From Sulfurimonadaceae bacterium (lineage in GTDB: Bacteria > Campylobacterota > Campylobacteria > Campylobacterales > Sulfurimonadaceae), in NCBI GenBank assembly GCA_041562555.1, contig JBFEXS010000002.1, forward strand, positions 1 to 64,000: a stretch of DNA of 64,000 nt, written 5' to 3'. The notes beneath the pieces were generated by a model that made no database searches, was not told where the DNA came from, and saw nothing but the letters and a program-made list of their open reading frames with translations. Position 1 is the first letter of the stretch, and the number at the start of each line of letters is the position of its first letter. Made by a program: the position numbers and the translations under genes. Below, in pieces: positions 40,926 through 50,466 of this stretch.

Positions 40926-42365
40926 ATGAATTTAGACGCGCTGCAACTCGACACACCTTATCTCTGCCTTGATCAAGAGTTTTATGATGTATGTGATCCT
41001 ATTCCTCTCGATCAACCCTATCTTGTCAGCTTCAACCCTAAGGCAGCCCAACTCATCGGGCTTGATATAGACACGCATCAAGACCCTGCTCTCATAGAGC
41101 TTTTCAACGGTACCCACCTCCCCAAGGGTGCCAAACACTTTAGTATGTGCTATGCAGGGCATCAGTTCGGTAACTATAATCCGCGTCTGGGTGACGGCCG
41201 AGCACACAACCTCGGTAAAATAAAAGGCTGGAATCTTCAGCTCAAAGGAAGTGGAGAAACACTATATTCCCGTATGGCTGACGGAAGGGCTGTATTACGG
41301 TCTTCCATTCGTGAATACCTCATGAGTGAAGCGATGTACCACCTTGGCATTCCGACGACACGTGCCTTGGGTATCATCGGTTCACAAAGCAAGGTCCTGC
41401 GAAATGACATGGAGCGTGCTGCTATTGTCATGCGTATGTCCAGCAGTTGGATACGTTTTGGTTCTTTTGAATATTTCTACTATACCAAGTCCTATGATAA
41501 ACTAGAAGCACTTGCTGAGTATGTTATACAGGAATCCTTTCCCCATCTGACAGATGATGAAGACCGGTTTTTCAAAATGTTTTGCGAGACCCTTGAGCGT
41601 ACGGCGAAGTTGATTGCCCAATGGCAAGGGGTAGGCTTCTGCCATGGTGTGATGAACACCGACAATATGTCCATAGAGGGACTGACGATCGATTATGGTC
41701 CCTTTGCCATGATGGATGATTTCAACTATGGCTACGTCTGTAATCATACCGATAAGGCAGGACGTTACAGCTACGGAGAACAACCCAATGTCTCCTACTG
41801 GAACCTGACCATGTTGGCCAAGGCGCTCTCTCCTATCATAGAGCACAAACGCATGCAGCAAAAGCTAAACGAATTTGGTGCCTTTATCTATCCCGATGCC
41901 TACATCGATGTAATGCGTAATAAGCTGGGGCTTGAGATCGAACATGAAGAGGATGTAGAACTGATCAAAGAACTTATAGGGATATTGCAAGATGTCTGTG
42001 TCGACCACACCCTCTTCTTTCGTACTTTAAGCCGTTACGATACAGACAAGAGTGAGATGTATGATATTGTGATGGAGCCGGTAATCTTGGACAAGTGGCT
42101 TCAGCTTTACGACAAGCGGTTAAGCCTTGAAACACGTTCGCATACGCAGCGCCAGGAGTCTATGTTGAAGATAAATCCCAAATATGTACTTAAAAACCAT
42201 ATGCTCCAAAAGGCTATTGTCTTAGCAGAGAAAGGTGACTTTTCTATGGTCGAGACACTGTTGTATATTGCTTCTCATCCCTACGACGAGTTGCCCGAAT
42301 ATGAACATTTTTCCCAAGACACCCCGGAAGAGTTTAAAAACCTTGGGCTTTCGTGTTCTTCCTAA
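40926..42365 (+). CDS. selO: Protein adenylyltransferase SelO/YdiU
   Basis: YAGHQFG, LGDGRA, QLKGSG, DGRAVLRSSIREY, HGVMNTDNMS and TIDYGP; ends in SCSS (Cys form). Confidence 0.94.
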   Translation: MNLDALQLDTPYLCLDQEFYDVCDPIPLDQPYLVSFNPKAAQLIGLDIDTHQDPALIELFNGTHLPKGAKHFSMCYAGHQFGNYNPRLGDGRAHNLGKIKGWNLQLKGSGETLYSRMADGRAVLRSSIREYLMSEAMYHLGIPTTRALGIIGSQSKVLRNDMERAAIVMRMSSSWIRFGSFEYFYYTKSYDKLEALAEYVIQESFPHLTDDEDRFFKMFCETLERTAKLIAQWQGVGFCHGVMNTDNMSIEGLTIDYGPFAMMDDFNYGYVCNHTDKAGRYSYGEQPNVSYWNLTMLAKALSPIIEHKRMQQKLNEFGAFIYPDAYIDVMRNKLGLEIEHEEDVELIKELIGILQDVCVDHTLFFRTLSRYDTDKSEMYDIVMEPVILDKWLQLYDKRLSLETRSHTQRQESMLKINPKYVLKNHMLQKAIVLAEKGDFSMVETLLYIASHPYDELPEYEHFSQDTPEEFKNLGLSCSS

Positions 42366-42421
42366 AGCCTGATAAAGTCAATCTAGACTATAGTTTCATA
42401 CCACATCATAAAGGATGACTC

Positions 42422-42874
42422 ATGCTAGAAGTGGCGGATATCAGTGATATAGAGCTCAAACAGCGATGGAGGCTTTATTGGATCCAATCAGTATTTGAAT
42501 TTTCCAACCTGAGGCTTCAACGTATGTCCTGGATCGAGGCTTCTGAAGTGTCCTGGCCCGATGAGCCTTGGGAATCTTCCTTTGAAGCATGTAATGACGC
42601 CTACTTCGAGAGTCTGGACCTGTATGATCAGTATGAAAAGGCCGTTGAAAGAACCTACGTAACTCCAGATGAGGCTGAACATGCCAAAAGCTTTCACCAA
42701 CTCGCTCTGGCCTACATAGAGCCAGATGATGATCCGGTACTGATATTAGGCGATGAAACATGGCTTGAAGTCGTAGAAGCAGCTAAAGAGTTTTGGGAAT
42801 ATCTAAAAACGCATGTAGATGCGCCAAGGGAAAAAGAACTCATCAAGAAACTTGAAAACGAGTTTCCCTTATAA
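42422..42874 (+). CDS. Acidic, Trp-rich hypothetical protein
   Basis: AAGGA RBS and a 150-aa ORF. The pattern Q-x3-W...IL-x-D-x-x-W-x-x-V-x3-A is reminiscent of SCO4402-like proteins (recalled, unverified). Confidence 0.75.
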   Translation: MLEVADISDIELKQRWRLYWIQSVFEFSNLRLQRMSWIEASEVSWPDEPWESSFEACNDAYFESLDLYDQYEKAVERTYVTPDEAEHAKSFHQLALAYIEPDDDPVLILGDETWLEVVEAAKEFWEYLKTHVDAPREKELIKKLENEFPL

Positions 42875-42876
42875 GT

Positions 42877-43989
42877 CTATAAGAATGAGATGGCCACCTT
42901 ATGCTCGTCAAACCCAAGCTTGGCACTGTCTTTTTCGCCTTTTAGAAGTTGCGTAAACTGTTCTTGAGAAACAACACTCATTCCCAGTTCTCTACCGACA
43001 AGCTTTTCCATCTTTGATTGGTTTTTATCAAAGAAATTTTTCGTTTTCTCATTTTTAACCAGTAAAAAATCGGCATTATTGTCTTTTGCTTCGACAAGGA
43101 TATCCCCTGCAATCTTCAATGAAAAGCTCTCGTCTATCAATGCAGAATTGGGAGCCAAATCTTCTCGACGTGAGTTTAAAGAGATATAGTTTGCCTGTGA
43201 GTCGTATACCAAAGACTCCAATTCGCTCCCCTCTACACCATCATAGGAAGCGATATTAAAGTCCTTGAAGAGTTGTGCAACACTTGGTTTTATTCCACTG
43301 TCCATATTCTCTTCAAAGCCGGAGATATCTGTCTTATCCAGGAATGCAGCTACACGTTTAGCCAACTTTGTCCTTGGCTTGATATATTCGAGTGCAAGAT
43401 AGATCAATTTTTGGATCTTATTTTCTTCCTCGCTACGCCCTAGCCGCTTTTCCAGTGAAGTGTGATACCAAATACCATTTACTTCACTGATAAGCAGGTC
43501 TAAAATCTCATTTCTGAGTTCAAATTTCTGTTCAATCAAGTCTGCAGCAATGATCAGAACATGATCGCCAATATAATCTCGATTGTAGTTTAAAGTGTTG
43601 GATGCATAATAGGCAAGCTCTGTACTCTTTCTATAAGCTATATTTTTTTCTGCGTCTATATATTTATCAATCAATGAAAGTTTTTCTATGAAATCCGATC
43701 GATCAATCTTCAAATCCTCTTGCGCTCTCAACTCACTGATAGGATCGATTCTTAGATCCATTCCATATTGAGCCACCATATCACGCACCAAGGTACGTGC
43801 ATTCACATAAGAGCTGTTCACCTTAACATTCATATTGTCATCAAAACCAAAAGCATCTATGGCGTTAATCGTATGCAAAAGGTCATTGATACTTTGCGTT
43901 GCATCATATGCAAGTGTATACTTTTTGTAATATGGAAGGTAGTCTGTGCGTGCATTGAATCTAAAGAGTTCTATATTAATCTTGTTCAT
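42877..43989 (-). CDS. Cysteine-free fusion of SdhB-like and SdhE/HdrB-C-terminal-like domains (possibly the DUF5644-type family)
   Basis: Colinear similarity to the SdhB and SdhE in this window (see findings). No Cys in 370 aa. Has its own TATAAT at 44023-44028 on the minus strand. Confidence 0.85.
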   Translation of the reverse strand: MNKINIELFRFNARTDYLPYYKKYTLAYDATQSINDLLHTINAIDAFGFDDNMNVKVNSSYVNARTLVRDMVAQYGMDLRIDPISELRAQEDLKIDRSDFIEKLSLIDKYIDAEKNIAYRKSTELAYYASNTLNYNRDYIGDHVLIIAADLIEQKFELRNEILDLLISEVNGIWYHTSLEKRLGRSEEENKIQKLIYLALEYIKPRTKLAKRVAAFLDKTDISGFEENMDSGIKPSVAQLFKDFNIASYDGVEGSELESLVYDSQANYISLNSRREDLAPNSALIDESFSLKIAGDILVEAKDNNADFLLVKNEKTKNFFDKNQSKMEKLVGRELGMSVVSQEQFTQLLKGEKDSAKLGFDEHKVAISFL

Positions 43990-44066
43990 CTATAATCTGT
44001 CCCTAACATCTAAAATTGCATCATTATAATATAAAATTTTAAAATAGGTGAATATTCAAAAAGGAG

Positions 44067-44170
44067 TTCCATTCTCTCAAATAGAAATGGGAAAAAAGAG
44101 GACGTTTCGTGCGTGAATTCTGGCAAGGCAGCCTGCAACTTGAAGAAACCCACAATACTCACACGTCCCT
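44067..44170 (-). terminator. Large structured element / tandem terminators downstream of frdB
   Basis: On the minus strand, GGGACGT...ACGTCCT encloses a nested stem and is followed by CTTTTTT. A second hairpin TTCCCATT...AATGGAA is followed by CTCCTTTTT. Confidence 0.55.
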
Positions 44171-44177
44171 GACAGGT

Positions 44178-44924
44178 TTATTTGTCTTTCATCATTACCA
44201 TCTTACGACGTAAATAGGCGATCTTGGATTGCAAAGGAAGATCCTTCGGACAGACATCCTCACATCCCATTAAAGACATACATCCAAAGACACCATCCTC
44301 ATCTCCGATAAGGTTGTAATAATCTTCATCATTCCGTTTATCCCGTGGATCAATAGCATAACGTGCAATTTTATTCAGCCCCACAGCCCCTACAAAGTTC
44401 TCGCGCATCACCACTGTCCCGCATCCGGCGATACAACAGCCGCACTCGATACAACGGTCAAGTTCATAGATCTCATCCGTCAGATCAGGATCCATCTTTT
44501 CTTCCAATCTGTCTACATTGACTTCCTGATTACCTTGGGCATGTATCCAAGTCTCCAGCCTGTCATTCATTCCGCTCATCCATTCACCCGTATGTACCGA
44601 AAGATCACCGATCAATCTAAACACCGGTAAAGGTGCCAAGGATATCTCCGGATCCATTTTGGATGTCAAAGTACGGCAAGCCAGACCCGGACGGCCGTTG
44701 ATCACCATAGAACATGAACCACAAATACCTGCACGGCAAACAAAATCAAACTTCAAGGAGTTGTCTTGATGTTTGCGTATCTCATTTAATGCGATAAAGA
44801 GTGTCATCCCAGGTGCTTCTTCTACCTCAAAGGTCTGAACCCGCGGTCTATCCCATTTTAATTGGGGGTTATAGCGCAAGATCGATAGTTTTAAGATGCG
44901 TCCTTTTGGTTCACTGTTACTCAT
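44178..44924 (-). CDS. frdB: Fumarate reductase iron-sulfur subunit
   Basis: [20 protein letters not shown] and [12 protein letters not shown] (3Fe-4S type); Wolinella-type sequence. Confidence 0.95.
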   Translation of the reverse strand: MSNSEPKGRILKLSILRYNPQLKWDRPRVQTFEVEEAPGMTLFIALNEIRKHQDNSLKFDFVCRAGICGSCSMVINGRPGLACRTLTSKMDPEISLAPLPVFRLIGDLSVHTGEWMSGMNDRLETWIHAQGNQEVNVDRLEEKMDPDLTDEIYELDRCIECGCCIAGCGTVVMRENFVGAVGLNKIARYAIDPRDKRNDEDYYNLIGDEDGVFGCMSLMGCEDVCPKDLPLQSKIAYLRRKMVMMKDK

Positions 44925-46924
44925 TTTGATTCTCCTGACAATGGTTCATATAAACGTTCATTCTTGCCTTGATACCGTTTAGGCAGCATTTCTCTAAAAG
45001 GCATCAAAGCTTCTTGTATCGCAAAGCGGTCTTTGCCTTCGGCCTCAAGTTGTTCTCTGATCTTATCCACCTCTTCCTGTCGCTTTGGCGAATCAGGATG
45101 GTGACGGGTCATATCCTTACCATATCCCCTGAATCCAGGCGGAAGTTCCATCTGTGAAATATCGATATCCTCATAAGTCACCGTAGGAAGCATCTGGTTT
45201 TCATCAGGCCACGATGTGATGGTACGATTCAAATACTCCTCATCGTTACGCTCCGGGAAATCCTCTCTGGAATGTGCACCACGACTCTCTTTACGATCAA
45301 GGGCACCCTTCGCTACACACAGTGCAAGTTTCAACATTCTTTGAGTTCGGTAGGCATTGAAAAGCTCAGGGTTAGCCGTCAGTGTTTTACACTTTACCAA
45401 TATGTTTTTGGAACGGATCAGAAGCTGTTCAAGCTCATCTACGGCCTCTTGCAGGTCTTTTCCATTTCTGAAAATCCCAACTTTTTCCATCATAATCTCT
45501 TCCATACGCTCACGCAGCATGAAGGCATCTTCAGGATTTTCTTTCTCTTCAAGTAGGTATTCCAGCTTTGCCTGTTCTTTGTCTAAGAATCCTCTGACCA
45601 ATTGCGTTGAAATATCGATCTCACTCTCTTTAGTGTCACAATAGTCAGAGATATATTCCGCAACAAGCATTCCTGAGACAACGGTTTCAGCCACCGAGTT
45701 CCCTCCTAGACGGTTAAATCCGTGCATATCCCAGCAAGCCGCTTCTCCACAGGAAAAGAGCCCTTTCAGGGTTTGACTCTCTCCCCGATAATCCGTTCGG
45801 ATACCTCCCATGGAATAGTGCTGTGTCGGACGCACAGGGATAGGATCGACCGCAGGATCAATTCCCAGAAAGCTCTCACATATCTCTTTGACCTCACGCA
45901 GGTTCTTTTCGATATGTTCACGCCCCAGGATCGTTATGTCCAACCAGAGATGATCTCCGTATCGGGACTTCACACCCTTTCCTTTTCGCATGTGTTCGAC
46001 CATACGGCGACTTACAACATCACGACTGGCAAGCTCTTTCTTCTCCGGCTCATAGTCTGGCATGAAACGGTATCCGTCCTTATCCAGTAAAAGTCCTCCG
46101 TCGCCGCGGCATCCTTCTGTTGTTAAAATACCGACGGGAACAATTGCTGTCGGATGGAACTGTATTGCTTCCATATTTCCCAAAGTGGCAACACCCGTCT
46201 CTAACGCTATCGCTTGGCCCATACCCTGACAGATGACGGCATTGGTTGAGACCGCATAGATGCGTCCATAGCCGCCCGTAGCTATCACTGTTGCCTTGGA
46301 GACATACGCGACCAGTTCACCGGTCATTAAATTACGGGCAATCGCTCCATAACAGCGTCCATTCTCATGAATGATTGCCATCGCTTCCATACGCTCACGT
46401 ACTTCTATCTTATCCTCATGCGCCTTATTATCCATAGCAAAGAGCATGGAGTGTCCTGTACCATCAGAGGTATAACAGGTACGCCACTTCTTCGTTCCTC
46501 CGAAATCACGGGCAGTGATGAGTCCATGTGCCTCTTCTTTTTCAGTGATGGTCACCTTTTGTGCGTTTATGATGACCTGATGATCTCCTGCACGAACCCG
46601 TGTCCAAGGCACACCCCAGGCAGCAAGTTGCCGGATCGCCTTTGGTGCAGTATTGGTAAACATACGTACTACTTTCTGATCCGCACCCCAGTCACTTCCT
46701 TTGACCGTATCTTCGAAGTGGACATCTTCATTATCACCTTCACCTTTGATCGCATTTCCAAGACTTGCTTACATACCACCTTGAGCAGCTGCCGAATGCG
46801 AACGCTTAGGCGGGACAAGAGACAATAGGATACAGTCATGCCCTCTCTGTTTTACTCCGGTGGCAGCCCTTAGACCTGCGAGACCTCCACCGATCACGAG
46901 TACATCCGTATAGGTAACTTTCAT
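44921..46924 (-). pseudogene. frdA: Fumarate reductase flavoprotein with an in-frame TAA at codon 52 (pseudogene or sequence error)
   Basis: From ATG at 46924: [21 protein letters not shown]...[21 protein letters not shown]..., continuing in frame into the ORF-track 580-aa fragment. The TAA at 46769-46771 replaces the Gln of GGMQASLG. Confidence 0.9.
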
Positions 46925-47697
46925 TTATGCACTCCTTTTTCAATAATTGATGCCGGAACATATCGTTCACCCGCCATATCCTTATGCGCCAAGCCTATTT
47001 TGATATACGCTGCCAGTGAAAGCAACCCAAGCGTCAAAAAGAAAACAGTAATAAACCACTTGTACATCTTTAAACGTTTACGGCTTTTTTTAGGATCATT
47101 CCCTTCAAACCATCCCCACTTGATCGATAGTCGGTACAGACCAATGGAACCGTGAAATTCAACAGCAAGCAGCAGCAATAGGTACAACGGGGCCATCCAG
47201 TCACTTACCACCCTGTCTGCCGAGGCATAGGGTCCGATCTCCGAAGGATTTGTCATAATGATATAGAGGTGAACGGAACCGAGAAAAAACATCACAAAAC
47301 CGGTAAAGACCTGATAAAACCAGAGATTGGTATCCCCATGTTTCATACGCTTCATGTGGGCACGGTAAAGACGGTACTCCTTAAAGTTTCCCGGAAACTT
47401 TCGAACCGCAATAAGTGCATGCGCAATAAAGATGATAAAAAGAAGTCCTGCTGTTACCGAGACGATCTGTGGATATGATTCACCAAAGATATAGGTTCCT
47501 TCAAACATTTTAGTGACCGTATACATCACCTCTTCACCCAAAAGAATACTCGAGACAAAGATCATATGGCCCCACATAAACAGCGCCAGGATCAAACCCG
47601 TTGCACTCTGTAAATAGTCAAGTTTAGCGGGCATTCGGCTTTTTTTGACTCCGTACTTTATCTCGACCTCGTCAACACGCGTGAGTTCTCTCTCCAT
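46921..47697 (-). CDS. frdC: Fumarate reductase diheme cytochrome b subunit
   Basis: Five transmembrane helices with four candidate heme His residues (FMWGHM, FIAHAL, GSVHLY, VEFHGS) and [11 protein letters not shown]. The likely start is ATG at 47697 behind AAGGAAG. Confidence 0.93.
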   Translation of the reverse strand: MERELTRVDEVEIKYGVKKSRMPAKLDYLQSATGLILALFMWGHMIFVSSILLGEEVMYTVTKMFEGTYIFGESYPQIVSVTAGLLFIIFIAHALIAVRKFPGNFKEYRLYRAHMKRMKHGDTNLWFYQVFTGFVMFFLGSVHLYIIMTNPSEIGPYASADRVVSDWMAPLYLLLLLAVEFHGSIGLYRLSIKWGWFEGNDPKKSRKRLKMYKWFITVFFLTLGLLSLAAYIKIGLAHKDMAGERYVPASIIEKGVHK

Positions 47698-47888
47698 ACT
47701 CTTCCTTTTATCATTCACAAGATTATCTTGTTAAGTGTAGTAAATATACCTTTAATAGATGTTAAGTTTCATCATAAAATCTAATATTAACATGATCGGT
47801 GTAATACAGTTGTAAAGTTTTTGCCGACTCTTTTAAGCCTTACGATACAAGCACTTGGATAGAATTCCACTAAAAACAGGGAAATATT

Positions 47889-48659
47889 TTGTCTATAGAA
47901 ATCATCTCATGGAATGTCAATGGAATCCGTGCTGTCGCTAATAAAGAAGCTTTAAAATGGATCGATGAACGAGAACCGGACATCTTATGCCTGCAAGAGA
48001 TCAAAGCCCTTGAAGAACAGATTCCAGATGATCTTTTTGATTTGGAGTACAGTTCACGTGCTGTCAACAGTGCTGAGAAAAAAGGCTACTCAGGAACCTG
48101 TACCTATTCAGCCATGGAACCGGAATATACAGAGGTGCGTCACACTATTGACCTTGGACGGGAAGGACGTATCCTGGAACAGGATTTTGGCGATTTCGTC
48201 CTGTTTAACGTCTACTTTCCCAATGGACAAAAGGATGAGGAACGACTGGCAGTCAAGATGAAGTTTTATGATGATTTCTTAGATCACTGTAATGCATTAA
48301 GAGAGGAGGGAAAATCTATCGTCATCTGCGGAGATGTCAATACGGCGCACAAAGAAATCGATCTCAAAAACCCAAAAGCCAATTCTAAAACCTCAGGCTT
48401 TTTACCGATAGAGCGCGAATGGATCGACAAACTGATCGACAACGGGTACGTCGACACCTTTCGATATGTCAACGGTGATGCGATCGACGAATATAGCTGG
48501 TGGTCATACCGTTCCGGTGCACGGGCAAAGAACGTAGGCTGGAGAATCGATTATTTTTTTATCTCTGATGACTTGATCGAGTGCCTTGAAGATGCCTTTA
48601 TCATGCAAGACATCATGGGTTCAGACCACTGCCCTGTAGGGATAAAGCTCGACCTATAA
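47889..48659 (+). CDS. xth: Exodeoxyribonuclease III / AP endonuclease
   Basis: SWNVNGIRA, LQEIK, YFPNG, GDVNTAH, GWRIDYF and SDHCP. Confidence 0.95.
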   Translation: MSIEIISWNVNGIRAVANKEALKWIDEREPDILCLQEIKALEEQIPDDLFDLEYSSRAVNSAEKKGYSGTCTYSAMEPEYTEVRHTIDLGREGRILEQDFGDFVLFNVYFPNGQKDEERLAVKMKFYDDFLDHCNALREEGKSIVICGDVNTAHKEIDLKNPKANSKTSGFLPIEREWIDKLIDNGYVDTFRYVNGDAIDEYSWWSYRSGARAKNVGWRIDYFFISDDLIECLEDAFIMQDIMGSDHCPVGIKLDL

Positions 48660-49113
48660 CAGATATCCCTACCAATTAATTTCTAAGCATACAAAACTTG
48701 AGGGCGCCTATACTTTCAGTGATATCATACTGATACACGGCCCCTTAAAATTGTTTATATTCTCCATTTAGTCTTAATTTATCAATGAAAATATTACAAG
48801 CCTAACGATCTTTTTGTAAATCCCAACATATTATTTGCTAAACCGACTTTACATTAAACCTATATGTCTTATGAACGAAAAAAGCTGTTTTGAATATAAG
48901 GGATACATATAAGCTGACAAAAGGAATATCGTTGAATTTGCTTACATGAAGCTAGATTAAGTTAGAACTCTACATATATTTTTTTATAATTAATTTCCTA
49001 ATTATTGTGCTACACTATAGCTATAAGTCACTATAAGACTCGAGTAAATGCTCTTAATCATGGCTTCGTAAAACATAGATAAGTAATTATCAATAAAACT
49101 TAAGGTTGTAGAA

Positions 49114-49524
49114 ATGGAAAGAGAAATCAAAGCAAAAATGGATGAGTTGATTGCACTGCTGAAAGATCCAGAAGTAACTGTAAGTGAAAAAGAGATGATA
49201 GTGAAGTTGGAGAAAGTGCTCGAGTTAATGAACAATCCAGAGCAGATTGCAGCAGAAAGGGCTAAGTTACAAGAAAGACTTAAGGCTGTTGTTACCCTTG
49301 TCGATAAAGCATCAGTTGACCCGGACATTGATGTCGAGTATTGTGTATCTGAAAATGGTGAGGCCCCGTATATTGCTGTTAAATATGCTGAAGACAAATA
49401 TGTTGAGCGGAAAATTCGTTTGACTGACAAGTATTTAGATAATTCTGCCGAAGAGATTGCAAAACTAGTAACCTTCTCGATTGAACAGTTTAAAGAAGAA
49501 ATTGATTCTGTTCAGATGGGTTAA
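49114..49524 (+). CDS. Acidic hypothetical protein
   Basis: TAAGG RBS, 136 aa with protein-like composition; no family recognised. Confidence 0.75.
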   Translation: MEREIKAKMDELIALLKDPEVTVSEKEMIVKLEKVLELMNNPEQIAAERAKLQERLKAVVTLVDKASVDPDIDVEYCVSENGEAPYIAVKYAEDKYVERKIRLTDKYLDNSAEEIAKLVTFSIEQFKEEIDSVQMG

Positions 49525-49837
49525 GATTCAGCTCATATCTTGTCACAATTAGCAGTTTTTTATACTTAGTCTAAAGTTCACAACAAAATGAGTTCACATA
49601 TATCAAAAAGTGAATAACCAACTGCAACTTTGGTGTGCAGTAATACCGGTCAAGATGACAATACTAAAAAGCATTCAAAGTGCTTACAATAGAAATTAGG
49701 ATAAACAGTAGGGTGATTTTAGATGAATACTGCTGACATTTGATAAACATCACGTTGTGCCATTGTTAAATTCGGGTTCTATTAGGCTTCAGATATTACC
49801 TATGAACACCTATTAAGTTTATGAATAAAGGAAAATT

Positions 49838-50422
49838 GTGAACAAAATAATAATTTTTGTATTAGGCTTTATACTAACCTCATGCGTCACAATAGCACCT
49901 GTTGTGAACCCTAATAATGAAATCAGTATATATGGTGTCACATCATTGCCTCCTCAAAATGGTAACTGGACTTTACTTGCTGCTGCAGGTTACCAAATAT
50001 CTCTTGCTAAAGAAGGGTCGCAAAAAAATGAATCTTTAGTTGCTAATGTAGTAATTTATCAAATTCCTGAATTTACAAACAATGATGAGTTTCTTAGTCA
50101 CATTTCTCAAGGCCGTGCAGCAGAGCCTGATATAGGAAGATTTGAAAATATCAAAAATGAAGAAATACTTACACTTTTTAAAGACGTAACATGTGTCAAG
50201 TATCATTCAATATCAAAAGACAAGGCAGCAAGACTTCAAACTGGTGATACAGCAGAAATGCTTTTAGAAAGCATGGGATATCATTGCATACATCCAAAAA
50301 ACAATACTGTGGGTGTGAATATAGAATATTCACTTCGTCATTTTTCAGATACAAACTACCCAATGTATCCTAAAGACGCGAATGAATTTTTCAATAATAT
50401 CAAGTTCACAAAATTCAAATAG
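49838..50422 (+). CDS. Hypothetical lipoprotein
   Basis: AAGGA RBS, GTG start, signal peptide ending in the lipobox LTSC, and AT-rich codons. Confidence 0.8.
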   Translation: MNKIIIFVLGFILTSCVTIAPVVNPNNEISIYGVTSLPPQNGNWTLLAAAGYQISLAKEGSQKNESLVANVVIYQIPEFTNNDEFLSHISQGRAAEPDIGRFENIKNEEILTLFKDVTCVKYHSISKDKAARLQTGDTAEMLLESMGYHCIHPKNNTVGVNIEYSLRHFSDTNYPMYPKDANEFFNNIKFTKFK

Positions 50423-50466
50423 TATCCAATATGTTGAGCTTTATTAATTATGAAATGTGAACAAAT

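Noticed and set aside
42340..42365. Selenocysteine in SelO
   Set aside because: The C-terminus encodes Cys (TGT) in SCSS followed by TAA, with no in-frame TGA.
42372..42395. Second HAIR-like site after selO (AGTCAATCTAGACT)
   Set aside because: The spacer is one base too long and the arms match poorly.
44099..44170. SRP RNA or other known housekeeping RNA
   Set aside because: It lacks the SRP domain IV CAGG-GNRA-GCAGC arrangement. Kept only as an unassigned structure.
44921..46663. ORF-track 580-aa protein as a complete gene
   Set aside because: It is the portion of frdA downstream of the internal stop. The real start is 46924.
46769..46771. Programmed recoding (Sec/Pyl or code reassignment) of the frdA stop
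   Set aside because: The codon is TAA, not TGA or TAG, the homologous residue is Gln, and TAA terminates many other genes in the window.
48800..48968. Integron attC site (GCCTAAC ... GTTAGAA)
   Set aside because: The spacing is too long, the right core is imperfect, no inner L boxes are evident, and there is no integrase or repeated site.
49002..49430. 142-aa minus-strand ORF
   Set aside because: It is the Ser-rich mirror of the + strand ORF 49114-49524, which has an RBS and protein-like composition.
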